Source: Nemertoderma westbladi (Eukaryota; Animalia; Xenacoelomorpha). Taken from it: a DNA stretch of 36,531 nucleotides. Positions 8,894 through 20,939 of the stretch are shown here, piece by piece. The notes beneath the pieces are model-generated. The model was given only the letters and a program-made list of their open reading frames with translations, was not told the DNA's origin and did no database searches. How positions within the stretch are numbered: the stretch's first letter is position 1; every line of letters begins with the position of its first letter. The stretch lies in the NCBI GenBank assembly GCA_032718475.1, contig JAUCBJ010000177.1, positions 1 to 36,531 of the forward strand, in the 5' to 3' direction. The translations under genes were made by a program, and so were the position numbers.

Positions 8894-9707
8894 CTTGCAT
8901 ATTTTTGCGGTTTGCCCTCAATTTATGACTCAATGTCACCATTGTCAACTAAAGGGACACGCCAGTTTCGATTGCCCTTTTAATCACGATTTGGAAAGCG
9001 TAGATGAAATGATCACACTACGTTACATCAGAGCTTGGGAAGCGAACGCTGATTTACATTGTGATTCGCGCCATCGCTATTATCCCGGACGCGCTTACGA
9101 AGGAGTTTATGCGTTCCATCCTTATCTATTCGCTTCGGTCGAACAGAAATCACGCATATCGAGTTACGAGCTACTGAAGCGCGTCGGAGAATGTATTTCA
9201 ACCAAATTCGTACGCAAATTTCTCAGGAGTGTTAATCCTAGCGACCTTCATTCCTATAACTTAATCAATTATATCCGTCAGGATCCGGACTATGGAGACT
9301 TATTTGTTAACTCACACCCCGAGTTACAGGAAGTATATCGATGGCCTTACGAATACCGAGCCCGCGAACGCGAGTTGGGAAGAACCATTAAACCCCGGAG
9401 GTTTCTAACTGCCTATGGTCCACCCACGGCCCTCGTTCAGACCACTTGTAAAGGACCCGTAAGAGCGGCTGTCTTAAAACGAGCTCTCAAAGCCGTTAGA
9501 CCCCTCTCCCCCGACGTTGATGTCAATCAACCCGGTACTTCGACTGGCGGATACACCGACCATAATCCTACACCCTCTGATGCAATCATATTGCACCCTT
9601 CACCCAGGAGTTATAGCCCTCCTTGTAAAGTGGCTCGCCCCAAAGAGAAAAGGACTCTGGCTAGCTTTAAAAAACTGCGTAAACGCCGTCCACGCAAGAA
9701 AGACTAA
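8778..9707 (+). CDS. Zinc-knuckle protein with a basic C-terminus; probably the frameshifted C-terminal part of the 5480 ORF
   Basis: CAYC-x5-H-x4-C and CHHC-x4-H-x4-C; ends KKLRKRRPRKKD; overlaps the upstream ORF in the +1 frame. Confidence 0.7.
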   Translation: MPTMFLGNVVGYMDTNVRCSYFQEQPTMELYCAYCRLNNLHIFAVCPQFMTQCHHCQLKGHASFDCPFNHDLESVDEMITLRYIRAWEANADLHCDSRHRYYPGRAYEGVYAFHPYLFASVEQKSRISSYELLKRVGECISTKFVRKFLRSVNPSDLHSYNLINYIRQDPDYGDLFVNSHPELQEVYRWPYEYRARERELGRTIKPRRFLTAYGPPTALVQTTCKGPVRAAVLKRALKAVRPLSPDVDVNQPGTSTGGYTDHNPTPSDAIILHPSPRSYSPPCKVARPKEKRTLASFKKLRKRRPRKKD

Positions 9708-9774
9708 CTGTTTAGAGTATTTACATATATTAGAAACTGTGATTTTTGTATATTTATAAACTTGAATCCCATTT

Positions 9775-9789
9775 TCTGGGAGCGGTGTA
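9775..9789 (+). promoter_or_regulatory. Polypurine-tract-like motif + TGTA (PPT 2)
   Basis: TCTGGGAGCGG-TGTA, ~70 nt after the last accessory ORF; resembles PPT 1. Confidence 0.55.
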
Positions 9790-10950
9790 AAAGCTTTTGC
9801 GGATATACTCAGTCCCCCTCGCCCGCAAGGTACCGTTATAGGTGTTTTAACGGACATAAAAGTCATTCTTCTATATGTGTGCTTTGGCGGACATGGTAAG
9901 GCAAAAAACCCGCAATGCGACAAATACCCTGGCACAGCTTAGCCTTGATGATTCAGATTACGACATCTAACAGCTGGTTGCTGACATGGAAACGGCCATT
10001 GGACACATGGTTCTTTGTTTAGCTTAACAGCCAATCAGAGCGATTTTTTCTGTCGATGTGGAGATAATTGGCCGATCGTGCTAGGAGTGTTCAGTCTTAC
10101 TGTTTTTCTTGATACTGTTGTGTTGTTTCTATCTAGGCCAGGAACACCGGCTCTAGAGTCAATTCGTTTTCAGACTTTAGAAGAAACATTAGTAGGCTTT
10201 AGATTATAGAGCGTATAACTGTTATCATAACATAACATATCATTCATAACAACCTTAACAACTCAATCGGCACATATATTGTCATATCATATCTTAACCT
10301 ACCGTCTTAATGCTTTTTACTGTTGTCATAATTTGTATCAGTTGGTTGAATATTATTTGGAGAACATTTATAAAGAACCCAAATTTCCCAATTTTCTTGA
10401 TACACTACAGGTTAGAGAGACAGGTTACATATAGCGATTGCGACTTATATTATTGTGGTTTGTAGTGAATTTAATGCTATTTGATAAGCACTACATGAGT
10501 CAGTTGCTGTTCTCTTTATATATGATAAAATTCATTGACGGTCGGCAAATTAGTGTGCAGTATTGTGTGTTACCGGTAGTGTGCATGATTGTGACTGATA
10601 ACTAAGCATTTCCTAAAGAATGCGCCTCATACGTGAATCATAAGCCTTACCGACTTACCGTTGTGATTAGTATAAGTCATATCTCTGTTTACCTAGATAG
10701 AGCGCCACGTCCTAAAGGAACTGTTAATATTTCCCGAAAGTGAATAATATTAGTCAGAAATTATTTATTAACGATCAATCGAATAATACAGTAAGCTTAC
10801 ACTGCAATAACAATCTAAGCCCTCAGAATCCAGTCTCCCGGGTATATCCAGCGGGTGAATGGACGCGCACTAGGCTGGCTTCTGCTAATGTTGTGTATAT
10901 TGGTATTAAATATTTGTCAATTTCTAAAGTCTATTTATAAACCAAAAGAC
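9786..10950 (+). mobile_element. Candidate 3' LTR (right boundary not determined)
   Basis: Starts TGTA after PPT 2; CCAAT at 10031; non-coding. No 5' LTR in the window to confirm it; the end coordinate is a guess. Confidence 0.35.
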
Positions 10951-12611
10951 ATATAAATTTTGGCAGGTTAAACTGCTAAAGGTCTTCAAAAGCGCGTACA
11001 AAAGTTTAGAAATTTCCCAAGTTGAATTTGCGTGTGGCCTTCGAGAAGCTAATATAATAGCAGTTAATTAATTAAGTTGGTTAGGGTAAAAACAGCATTT
11101 TCAACATTACTTTTAATGGAAATTAATTATTTTAGAGTATAAGATTTAAATAATTATACTTAAAAATTATACAACTATATTCCCCATACCCCATTCTATT
11201 ATAGTTTTTAATTAGTTCAAGTGATTTGCATTAAGAAATGTGTTTTTAATTGATCTAAACGTAATTAAGTTATCAAAATGCCCTCGTCACTCTATAACTC
11301 CCTCATTCCTTGGCATGCTTGCTATTGCCTACAGTTTGGGAACCAGTCCAATCATATCACCACTACTTGGCAATGATAATTACATCTGTAGGACATAGGC
11401 ATGCACTACTAGTGTAAGGTGACGTACTGATAAGCCAACTTGCTTATTATTTATCTCGCAAAATGATTGCCTGAGTATTTAATCCTGATTCTTTAGAATA
11501 ATTAGCTAAATAATTTCGTTGAGGTGTTGACATGATAAATTAATATTTCAGTATCTATACTATAGGCTATAAGGTAAGTTTTAATATTTTTTACAAATTG
11601 GGTCGCATCTACGCCTAAAATTTCATGTCTGCATGAAATTCAAATCTGCAATTCATTAATCCTCTGTGCGCCTTTGGGTTGGGGTGGTTCGGTCCGGCAG
11701 TCGTGCAGATTAAGAGGGGGTTGAAGGAACTTTTCTCTCTTCTTTGATTTATTCTTATTGGCAGTTTGGTCAAATCTCTTATTTATTTATTTAAATTTCT
11801 GGTTTGGTTTTGTTAGATTTTGGGAGAGAATTGCTCAATTTTAATCTGTATCTGATAACTGACCATCGTGCTGCGCGAAGGCCGCACGAACGTGTAAGGA
11901 TTATCTGCCTATTAAACAGTTCATTGTAAGGTAACAAGAAAAATATATACGAATAACAGTATATTTAAAATGGAAATAATGTTGCAATTTTTCCGATCGA
12001 ACAGTAATAATTAAGTAGTTTTTTTTATACGTAGAATTTAATATTGAATTTAATTAATCTGAAATTCATAATTAAAAGCATTTCACAATTTGTAAACATA
12101 AAAGCTCCAATGATATAAATTCTTAATTTTTATAATGTCCTCTATTAGAATTTATTCGATTTGCATTTATGTTTAGCGACAGTTGACAATCTCTGACACT
12201 TGAAGAAAGGAATGTACTCCTACAGTTTAGACCCTAGTAGTCAATGTTCAAATAGTTTTAGCTTTAATCATGCAACCCTGTATAAACCATAACCCAATAT
12301 TGTACTGCCTAGAATAATGTCACCTGATAGTCTACGAATTTATCTAATACTGTTGGTTATGGTAAATTGATGCCTTACATGATTTCACCCAATTTCTCCA
12401 CTCCTTACAGCGTTTGAAGCACGTTCGTTCTACCTGCCATTATGATTATTACATTAATTAATTATTATAGCTTCTCCAGCTACTAGTAAAGGAGAGGTCA
12501 GGATTTCCAATTACAATGATGTGTCTGTTGTCATATTTCAATGAGGCCTACGAGCGAAGTAAAAAAACTCTTACATTAGTTCGACCCCTCTCCCCATTCC
12601 TTCCATTTTCG

Positions 12612-12882
12612 AATAAAATTACATACTCTAAGTAGTAATCTAGTACTTAATAAAATTACATACTCTAAGTAGTAATCTAGTACTTAATAAAATTACATAC
12701 TCTAAGTAGTAATCTAGTACTTAATAAAATTACATACTCTAAGTAGTAATCTAGTACTTAATAAAATTACATACTCTAAGTAGTAATCTAGTACTTAATA
12801 AAATTACATACTCTAAGTAGTAATCTAGTACTTAATAAAATTACATACTCTAAGTAGTAATCTAGTACTTAATAAAATTACA
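12612..12882. repeat. Perfect 37 bp tandem repeat, 7.3 copies
   Basis: Unit AATAAAATTACATACTCTAAGTAGTAATCTAGTACTT, identical copies. Confidence 0.97.
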
Positions 12883-13821
12883 GATCTCGCCTCTGTTAAA
12901 AACGCCCGTAATTTTTGGTCATGGCAGTGATGGCAGTCATGGCAGTGCATTAAGGAACACAATTAAGGAAGCAATAAGGGACAAAATTTACTGTTTAACC
13001 AACAATTTTTTTAATTTACAAAATTGAATCTATTGGGCAATTTATGGGGCAATAAGGAACCACATTAATTATAATTAATGATAATTTAATGTATAGTAGT
13101 TGTAGAATATGTGTAGGGCTCTCATGCATAGATAATCATAAAATTATAATATGCATACTGTGGCATGTGGAGTGGGACGGCCATACCTGAGCGGGAGTTT
13201 ACTAAAAAAATATATTCTCCGTAAGAGCCTTGGTATATGCCATTTTTTGAAAATTATATAAATTACACAAAACATGGATTGTACCGAACAGCCGTTCAGT
13301 ACTTACACCAGGGGTGTCGCGAGGTGTTACAAAAACGATGTAGGACAATTCGGTAGCGGACAATTCAGTCCCATTTATTTAGTGTTTTGGGACAGACCGA
13401 ATAGTCCGGGACCGAATTAAATTAAGACATAAATTTAATAGCTATTTATTCTTGGATTTATACATATTAATATGCTAAATACTGTTGTATAGTAAGTAGC
13501 TAAATATTTGTAATTCAAATTTCATAGTATTTTGTTTTTGGTCGGAATTATAGATTAAGAGAGATTCACAGTTTCCCTTAATGCATAACATGCCGTTCCT
13601 TGATGACCTTCTAGGTGGAGTATTAGGGAATCATTTTATAATTTTTTAAAAGCCGATAACTCAGTGGAAGAAGAAACAAAACCCGAAGATCAGTAAACCA
13701 GGGGTTGATTATCATGACAACTTCCCAAGTTCAGACTATTTATCACTTCCGTAGGACCGCTACTTAATGACAATACGGATTGTAAGTTGAAAATGAATTT
13801 TTATATTTGTATAAAAATTAT

Positions 13822-13827
13822 TTTATT
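13822..13827 (-). terminator. Polyadenylation signal candidate for CANT1
   Basis: AATAAA on the - strand ~65 nt downstream of the stop codon. Confidence 0.5.
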
Positions 13828-13890
13828 GCTTCAATAAATAAGTACTGCCTCTGCCTCATAATATTATACGGTACTTTTTCATTCAAACTA

Positions 13891-15102
13891 CTAAATAAAT
13901 TCCACACCTTCGTATTTAATATTTCCGGCTATTTTAGTCTCGGTAACTAGAACGTTCCCGTCCACGTTAAATACCGTTATATATGTCGAAACATCGCCCG
14001 AGTTCTCCTCCGACTTCAAGGCGACGACGAGTTGTTCCTGCGAGTTCGGAACGAACTTAAACGAGGAGAAACCGCGGAAGAGGTTGAGCGGAGTGACTTC
14101 GGCCACATTGAGTCGGGTGAACGATTCGTCGGCGGTTATCATTATGTTACCGGCGCGTCGCTCGTCGTCCATCTCGTTGTATCGGAATCGCGACACTCTG
14201 CGGGGAAGGAAGATCCACCGGTCCCGCGGGGCCGACCAGCATACGGCCTCGTGGATGATGTATCCGGGGGCCGCGATCCCGGCGGCCGAGCGTTGCGAGT
14301 CGTAACGCGTCGACCAGTCCATGTGGACCACCTGCCCGGTCACCGAGATTGCCTTTACCCACTGCGGGTCGCGATTCAACGGCTCCCCTTCCGGGGTCGT
14401 CCACTCCTTACCCAACCCGCCCACGTACAGAACACGATCCTTTACGGTCATCCACTCTGCTTTGAACCCTTTACTAACAGTCCCGTCACCGTCTGCGAGA
14501 ATAACCCAAGGATAAACGCGATTCCCGACTACCTTATAAACGATTCCAGTTCGATCGTCCACCGTTAATAATTCCCCGTTAAACACGACGAGTTCCGATA
14601 ACTCCATCCCTCGCCCGCCTAACGAATACTTCGACTCCAACCGCAACGGCTCTCGATCCCAGACAACCGCGACTGTCTTCAGATCATAGGAAACCTGCAG
14701 ATCACCTTTCAGTAAATAACTGACCCATAAATTTGGTGCATCTTTTACTTTGGAATTTTGATCAAGGTCGGAAACTATCGCAATTCTGTAGGTATAGCCA
14801 AAAGAGTTCCGCAACGGTAAGGATAAAGGGTAGGTGTAGTTGTAATTCAATACCGGTGTAGAGATTGTGTTACTAGGAGAACTCGTAGATGGAATTAATA
14901 TAAGTATGAGACATATAAAAGAGAAAACGAATAATATAAATATAATTCTCGAATGTTTCGTTAGAAGACGAGTGATCCTTGTTGACATATCCGACCTGTG
15001 GTGGATCCCCAGAGGGGCACGCACTTTCGCATTCCAGTCTCGCATTTTGTCGTCAGCCAAATTGAAATTTTTATCGGAACACAACAAAGACGTATCTGTC
15101 AT
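13891..15102 (-). CDS. CANT1: Soluble calcium-activated nucleotidase 1 / apyrase (type II membrane anchor), intronless CDS
   Basis: N-terminal TM helix; IAIVSDLD, GRGMELSEL, DDRTG, GFKAEW, GGLGKEWT, HEAV, LPRR, GFSSFKF, KSEE, KYEGVEFI-stop. Confidence 0.95.
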   Translation of the reverse strand: MTDTSLLCSDKNFNLADDKMRDWNAKVRAPLGIHHRSDMSTRITRLLTKHSRIIFILFVFSFICLILILIPSTSSPSNTISTPVLNYNYTYPLSLPLRNSFGYTYRIAIVSDLDQNSKVKDAPNLWVSYLLKGDLQVSYDLKTVAVVWDREPLRLESKYSLGGRGMELSELVVFNGELLTVDDRTGIVYKVVGNRVYPWVILADGDGTVSKGFKAEWMTVKDRVLYVGGLGKEWTTPEGEPLNRDPQWVKAISVTGQVVHMDWSTRYDSQRSAAGIAAPGYIIHEAVCWSAPRDRWIFLPRRVSRFRYNEMDDERRAGNIMITADESFTRLNVAEVTPLNLFRGFSSFKFVPNSQEQLVVALKSEENSGDVSTYITVFNVDGNVLVTETKIAGNIKYEGVEFI

Positions 15103-16347
15103 TATGGTTGCTGGGCTGGTAAACCCTCTCGGTCAAACTTTACACAAACACAAGCGAACTGATAGACTTGCAGTCTTTGTCAGTTCAGCAGTTAGTTGTG
15201 GTAAAAAATGAACAAACTCAACATTTTCACACTTCTGCACTTATGTAACTGGTTCTGGTAGTGGTAGGCCTACTACAGCTGTACAGTAGGCCTACTACAG
15301 TATATAGTTTACAGTATAAGCATAAGGGCAGAAGGGTATCGGTACATGATGGTAGGCCCAGATTGCGGAACTATGTGGTTGTGTGAATTGTGAATATCGG
15401 AAACTTAAGGTGTGACTATTTAGAGAACCATTCTCCTATATTGGAGTCCATGTTGGGCTCTAACTCAGTAACTGCTAAGGATACCAAATCTCTGGATGTC
15501 ACTCACACAATAAACTGATAAAGCTGGGCCGTGTTCTCTGTGTTACTGTGTTAAGTGCAACTCACACATCGCCAACCAGACCATGAACCAGACACTACTG
15601 TATAATATTGGAGGTGTTCCATTTGTCCCTCCAAGTTTGAGATTTGAATAGTGCCTCCTCCGCGCTTCGCAGCACATTGCTTTCGCGGAGAACCACCCTA
15701 TGCACAAATAAAACTGTAGTACGGTACGCATATTTACAATTGGGGTGTCGTTTCAGCCTATGGCTGTGGCTGTATGGAAGGAATTCTGGGGTTCTAATTG
15801 GATGTTCCTTCAATAAGCTCACCTCATTGGCTAACACTCTCCCATAGCCAAAAGGTGTGTCGGTTCAGCCTAATTGCAAAAAGGGATGTCGCTTGGGGAA
15901 ACTGTCTGAGTGAGTATCGGTAGGCCTACTGCTGTACTGCTGTACTGACAGAAAAAAATATTAAAAGCTAAAGCTCCTGACAGCCTGCTGAGCCCATCAG
16001 TATCTGCCTACGCCTGTAGGCTAGGTGCTAGGTCAATAAAATGGTAATAGGTCAGTAAACTATGGTAACAGGTATAAATAGGTAGGCCTAGGGTAAGCGG
16101 ATTGTGAGCTTCAATGCGTGGTCAGTTATACAGTAGGTACTGTAGACCCTTTCTGCCTTTGACCTTAAGACTGATAGAGGTAGCTCCAGCAGGATAGTCC
16201 TATTGTTTTTAAATAAGACTACGTCTGGTTGTCACTACTGCACTGTCCGTACTCGCTGACATTTAGGATGGCTAAAACGTCTGTCCTTATCTGATCTGAT
16301 CTGATCTGATCTGACGGTATCTGATACTTGTTCCACCTTGGTTCAGA

Positions 16348-16640
16348 GCGCACCTTGGTGTAGTGGTTATATTGAATTCACATCTCTCGGAGGTTGTGGG
16401 TTCAACCCCGGCATGGGGCCAAGGTAGTTTTCGTTTCGGCACGAATGTTTTGAAGGGTTTAGCAAGGAATCTCTGCCTTGCATCCTTAAATGGTAGCTAA
16501 ATGAGTACTGGACTTTCTGCCTATGTCAGCATGTGAACTTTCCCCGGTATTCCCCTTAAACCCGGGGGGGGGGGGGGGTCAATATAATACCTCCCGCTCT
16601 GAAACTAACGATACTAACTATAAAGACTAACTGAAACGAA
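16348..16640 (+). mobile_element. tRNA-derived SINE
   Basis: A box TGGTGTAGTGG (16356), B box GGTTCAACCC (16399), TAAATGAGTAC core (16498), ACTAA-rich tail. Confidence 0.65.
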
Positions 16641-17361
16641 CTAAAAGGAATTCAAATAAATTAGCTAGAAATTTTAAATTTGTTTTTAGCGGATGGTGCC
16701 AAAATTTGGTGCCGGTCCATGTGAAGAATACCGCCCATGTGAAGAATACCAGGATTTCACTTTTCGCGGTCGACTTTTATTGGAATTTTATTTTTGAAGA
16801 TTTTAATTCTTTTTTAATTTATCTTTATTGAGTGTATTATAGAGCTTATTTATGTGTTATAACCTGCACATATACTAATTCGTTTATTGTTTTGTTTATA
16901 TTCAGCCAGTCAGCCCTTCTGTAACCTGTGTTTTTGGTGAAAACCTGGTATTCTTCACATGGGGGTAACTGCAAAGTGAAATAAAACGGCAGAAAGTCTG
17001 GTATTCTTCGCCCATGTGAAGAATACCAGGATTTCATTTCTCGGTCGATTTTTTATTGGTCGATATTTTTTATTAAATTTATCTTTATTAAGTGTTTTAT
17101 GCGCGTGTGCGATGTCCTTGATTTTTTGAGGGGGGTGATCTATTGATCAGTCAGTCGGACGGTTAGTAAGAAGGTGGGTGTAAACAAGCCGCCGCGGTAA
17201 CATATTCTCCTTTCCCTCAATTGGTAGGTAACAAAATCGTTTATTATTGTTTTGGTTAGAAAACCCTGTCTCGGTAACCTGCTCCTTTCCCTCAATTTGT
17301 AGGTAACAACGTCGTTTATTGTTTTGGTTAGAAATTACAGCCGCTGTAACCTGGTCTTTTC

Positions 17362-18528
17362 GGGTTTGACTAAATACGCCACCGACAACCACCGACACCT
17401 TTCGCATACCACCGACTACCACCGACAACAAAAGACACAAACCGACACAAACCGACAGGTAAAATCACAAACCGACAGTATACTGACAACTTCGGCAATG
17501 TTAGTAAACTATTTCAGTACATGATTATACAATTTTTATTTCCAGTCCAAATATTTATAACAAATTATACCCAGTAAAAAATCCCTATGCGTAACGCATT
17601 AGTGCCACATCAGCACATGCAACATTCGTAAAAGGCTGAAAGGTGCGTGGAATGTTATTTAAGATTCGTGAAGCCTTCGTCAGTGGTTCGTCAGTCCGAA
17701 TAATTTAGGTAACGAATGTGTCTGTGCGTATAGTATTCCAGTATTCGTATCGCATGTGAGATTTCACTTGTCAAATATATTCGTGGCTCATCATTCGTGG
17801 CACATGCGATACGAATGCTTCCACTCCACGCAAAAAATAATTCGTGGTTCATTCGTTCGTGGCACATGCACATCCGATACGAATGCATAGCCGCGGCACG
17901 CTTAAAATTTTTCGTGGTCCATTCGTGACGTGACGCATGCGATACGCGTGCAAAGCATTCTCAATTAGAGTACATACTCTAATTTGGCCAATCACAATTC
18001 GGCAAATAATCGAACATGGTGTTATTAGTTAGTACCGGTAGCTCTCCCCCATAGAGTACACTATGCTCTCCCCCCTTGTTACTAAGTCAGCTAGTTTCCA
18101 TGTGCTATATATTTAATGGGTTACCCAGTAATTCTTAACTCCCGTTTATTATTTTGGTTCCCCCATCGGACAGTATGTAATAATAATAATAATAAAACAT
18201 ATATTTATAGCGCCTTTACCAAGAAGGTTCAAAGGCGCTTTGAAAGCTTATGTAAACCTGTTCCCTTTACAAACATGCTTTATATAATATCTAGAGGTAA
18301 TGTACTGTAGGCTATACATATTTGTAGTATTAGTAGTCCTACTGTATTTGGACTGGAAATAAAAATTGTATAATCATGTACTGAACTGCTGAAATAGTTT
18401 ACTAACATATTGCCGCGAAGTTGTCGGTTTGTGATTTTACCTGTCGGTTTGTGTCGGTTTTGTGTCTTTTGTTGTCGGTGGTATGCGAAAGGTGTTGGTG
18501 GTTGTCGGTGGCGTATTTAGTCAAACCC
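17362..18528. mobile_element. Mutator/Foldback-like MITE (element C)
   Basis: ~190 bp TIRs (17362-17553 / 18345-18528) starting GGGTTTGAC, with internal ACCGAC repeats; perfect 9 bp TSD GGTCTTTTC (17353-17361 / 18529-18537). Confidence 0.88.
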
Positions 18529-20229
18529 GGTCTTTTCCTTCAATTGGAAGGTAATAACAGTGTTTATTAATTCTCACATTCCCATTCACCTTCCCATATT
18601 CTTTCATCGTCTGGGTATAAACTCCACTTTATCAGCTGGCAATATGGGGCATATGTTAAGTGTTTCGTCATATACACAAACACAAGTACACAGTAGGCCT
18701 AGAGAGATACCCCTTCCTGCCTTCCCTTTAGCTGTTGAGCGTAACAAACAAACAATAAATATTTTAAATGTAATATATTAATACTGTAATAAGTATCATT
18801 ACCGTACTTAATTAATAATATATAATTATAATTAATATAATTAACTTTAACTATTAATAATGATAACTATTAACAAGAAAGATTTACGAAAAAAAATATT
18901 GCAGCAAATGCTGTATTGTTTTTAATAAAAGTTTATTGTTTCAACACCAACTAACAGACTAAATCTACGAAAGTTGTTTACATCTGAAACTATCCATCTT
19001 TGCTGGGACAATCACACAACTTACATACCCACCATCCTTCATCCTACTGTATATCGCATTTTTAATATATAATAACATGCCTTTGTGCATTAGATGCATA
19101 CCGATATGCCTGTACTGCTACTTCATATGATGATACTGATACGTAACAGGCAACCTGAAACGTGATCCCCTATTCAGCTATTGGCTATTTACCTAACAGA
19201 CAGTTAGGTAAATATTATATATCTTTCTCCTGATTGGTTATAGAATCAGATGCTGTCAGATCAGATCAGATCAGATCAGATAAGGACAGACGTTTTATTC
19301 TACCTCGCTGACATTGACATACTGTATGTATAGGTCTAATAACTGAATAAGCATGTTGACTACTGTATGTACCAATTAGTAACATTTAGAACAATTAGTA
19401 ACATTTAGAAAGTAACATTAAAAAATTATTTGTAATATTTTGTAAACGAATAATGTTAATTGTTTTTATCCCTCCAACAAAACCTTATTCCCAAGGTTTT
19501 GAACCGACTGACAACTACTGTACTGTAAGAAATCGAGGTTGTTGAATGTTTAGACATTTCACCCGCTAGCGGTGGTTAAAATCACATATTTTGATCGTAT
19601 TTAATATCTAAATATTACAAACTTTAAGATTTAAATCACACTTATTATGTTATTAAGCTAACGGCGACAAAAACCAATGTCAAGTGTTTCCCTTTATTGA
19701 CCCCACCCTCCCTTCACCTCCCACCCTCCCTTCACCTTCCACCCCCCCCCCCCCCCCCCCCCCCACCCAACCCTGTCTAGTTACAAATTCTTCGGCTACT
19801 ACTGTACGTGGCTCGCGCAAATACTGTATTATTGTGAATTAATATATAATATACAGTAATTATATATGGCAGTAGTATTTGTTAATTAACTAAACCCAAT
19901 ACTAATGGTGTGGTAACAAATAACACCAGACATTAGTGAACATGACAATATAATTGTGATTTACCTGTTTAAAAGGGGGAAGGTGTAGGCAGGCCTAAGT
20001 AAAATTTACAAGTAATAAAAGTGAGTTTCCCCAAGCGACACCCCTTCTGGCAATTAGGCTGAACCGACACACCTTTTGGCTATGGGAGAGTGTTAGCCAA
20101 TGAGGTGAGCTTATTGAAGAAACCGCCAATTAGAAGCCCAGAAATACTTCCATAGGCCGAAACGACACCCCAATTGGAAATAGGCGTACCGGTACTGTAT
20201 AAGCCGTTTTGTATATGTTACTCATTGTA

Positions 20230-20708
20230 ACGAATTAATTTGCCAATAGGACCGACGATTTATGGAATAGCTTGCCCGCCGAGGTTGTTAACTGTACCAG
20301 TGTCTCATCTTTTTCTGAGAAACTAAAAGATTTCGATTTGCTGCCATATTGTAATTTTAATATATTTTTAGTTAGACTAACATATTATTTCACTATTATT
20401 CCAGCAGCGTCATCATTCCGCTTTTCTGTAAATAATTATATTTTAAATTATGCATTATACTGTATTATATGTTTGATTTGGTCTACCACGAACCGTTTTT
20501 ATTTTTATTTCTGTATAATTTTGAAATGTTTACGTATCAATGTCTATTTTTTATACCTTTTAAACTTGAATTATGTTTAGCCTATTTACAGTATAATTAT
20601 TATGTTTGTTTATTTGAGTTTATATCCACCTATTAGTGTAATTTAATTGTGCCTTGGTGGTGTTTTCCCCTTTTAATATTAATTTTAATATAATGTAATA
20701 ATAATAAA
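20230..20708 (+). mobile_element. 3' end of a CR1-like LINE (5'-truncated)
   Basis: FANRTDDLWNSLPAEVVNCTSVSSFSEKL matches the CR1/L2 ORF2 C-terminus; T-rich 3' UTR ending in (TAA)n. Confidence 0.65.
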
Positions 20709-20939
20709 CGTGTCATACAGCAAGGTGGACATGACCTTTTTCAGAGGCCGATATATCATTCTTAATGCGCACGTGGCATCACATCAAGCCAATTGTGTAA
20801 TCATGGTGATGTGGGTGGCGCAAATTGTTTGTAAGGCGATAGCATAGCATCTCAATGTGTAGTGCAGCGCTGCATCTGCAATGCAGCAGGTCGATTAAAG
20901 CAAGCCTTCGCAGCAAACAATTATAATTTTACTCTGGCT

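Larger units (their letters stand above)
16264..19303. mobile_element. Non-autonomous TIR element B with (ATCTG)n-containing TIRs and 12 bp flanking direct repeats
   Basis: TAAAACGTCTGTCCTTATCTG(ATCTG)nAC at ~16273-16315 is inverted at ~19255-19297; CTCGCTGACATT at 16252-16263 and 19304-19315. Confidence 0.7.
15722..20191. mobile_element. Non-autonomous TIR element A (~180 bp inverted repeats at 15722-15903 / 20024-20191) enclosing other insertions
   Basis: The two segments are reverse complements; a related end fragment lies at ~25628-25667; no clear TSD. Confidence 0.7.

Noticed and set aside
14032-14568. ORFs overlapping CANT1 on the + strand
   Set aside because: Explained by the high GC content of the real - strand CDS
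19027-19155. AG...GT-bounded exon-like segment on the - strand
   Set aside because: Stops in all three frames, and it lies inside TIR element B
19742-19764. Poly-G/C runs (also ~16563, ~22635, ~26181, ~30173) as functional G-quadruplexes
   Set aside because: Simple homopolymers within or next to repeats; no evidence of function
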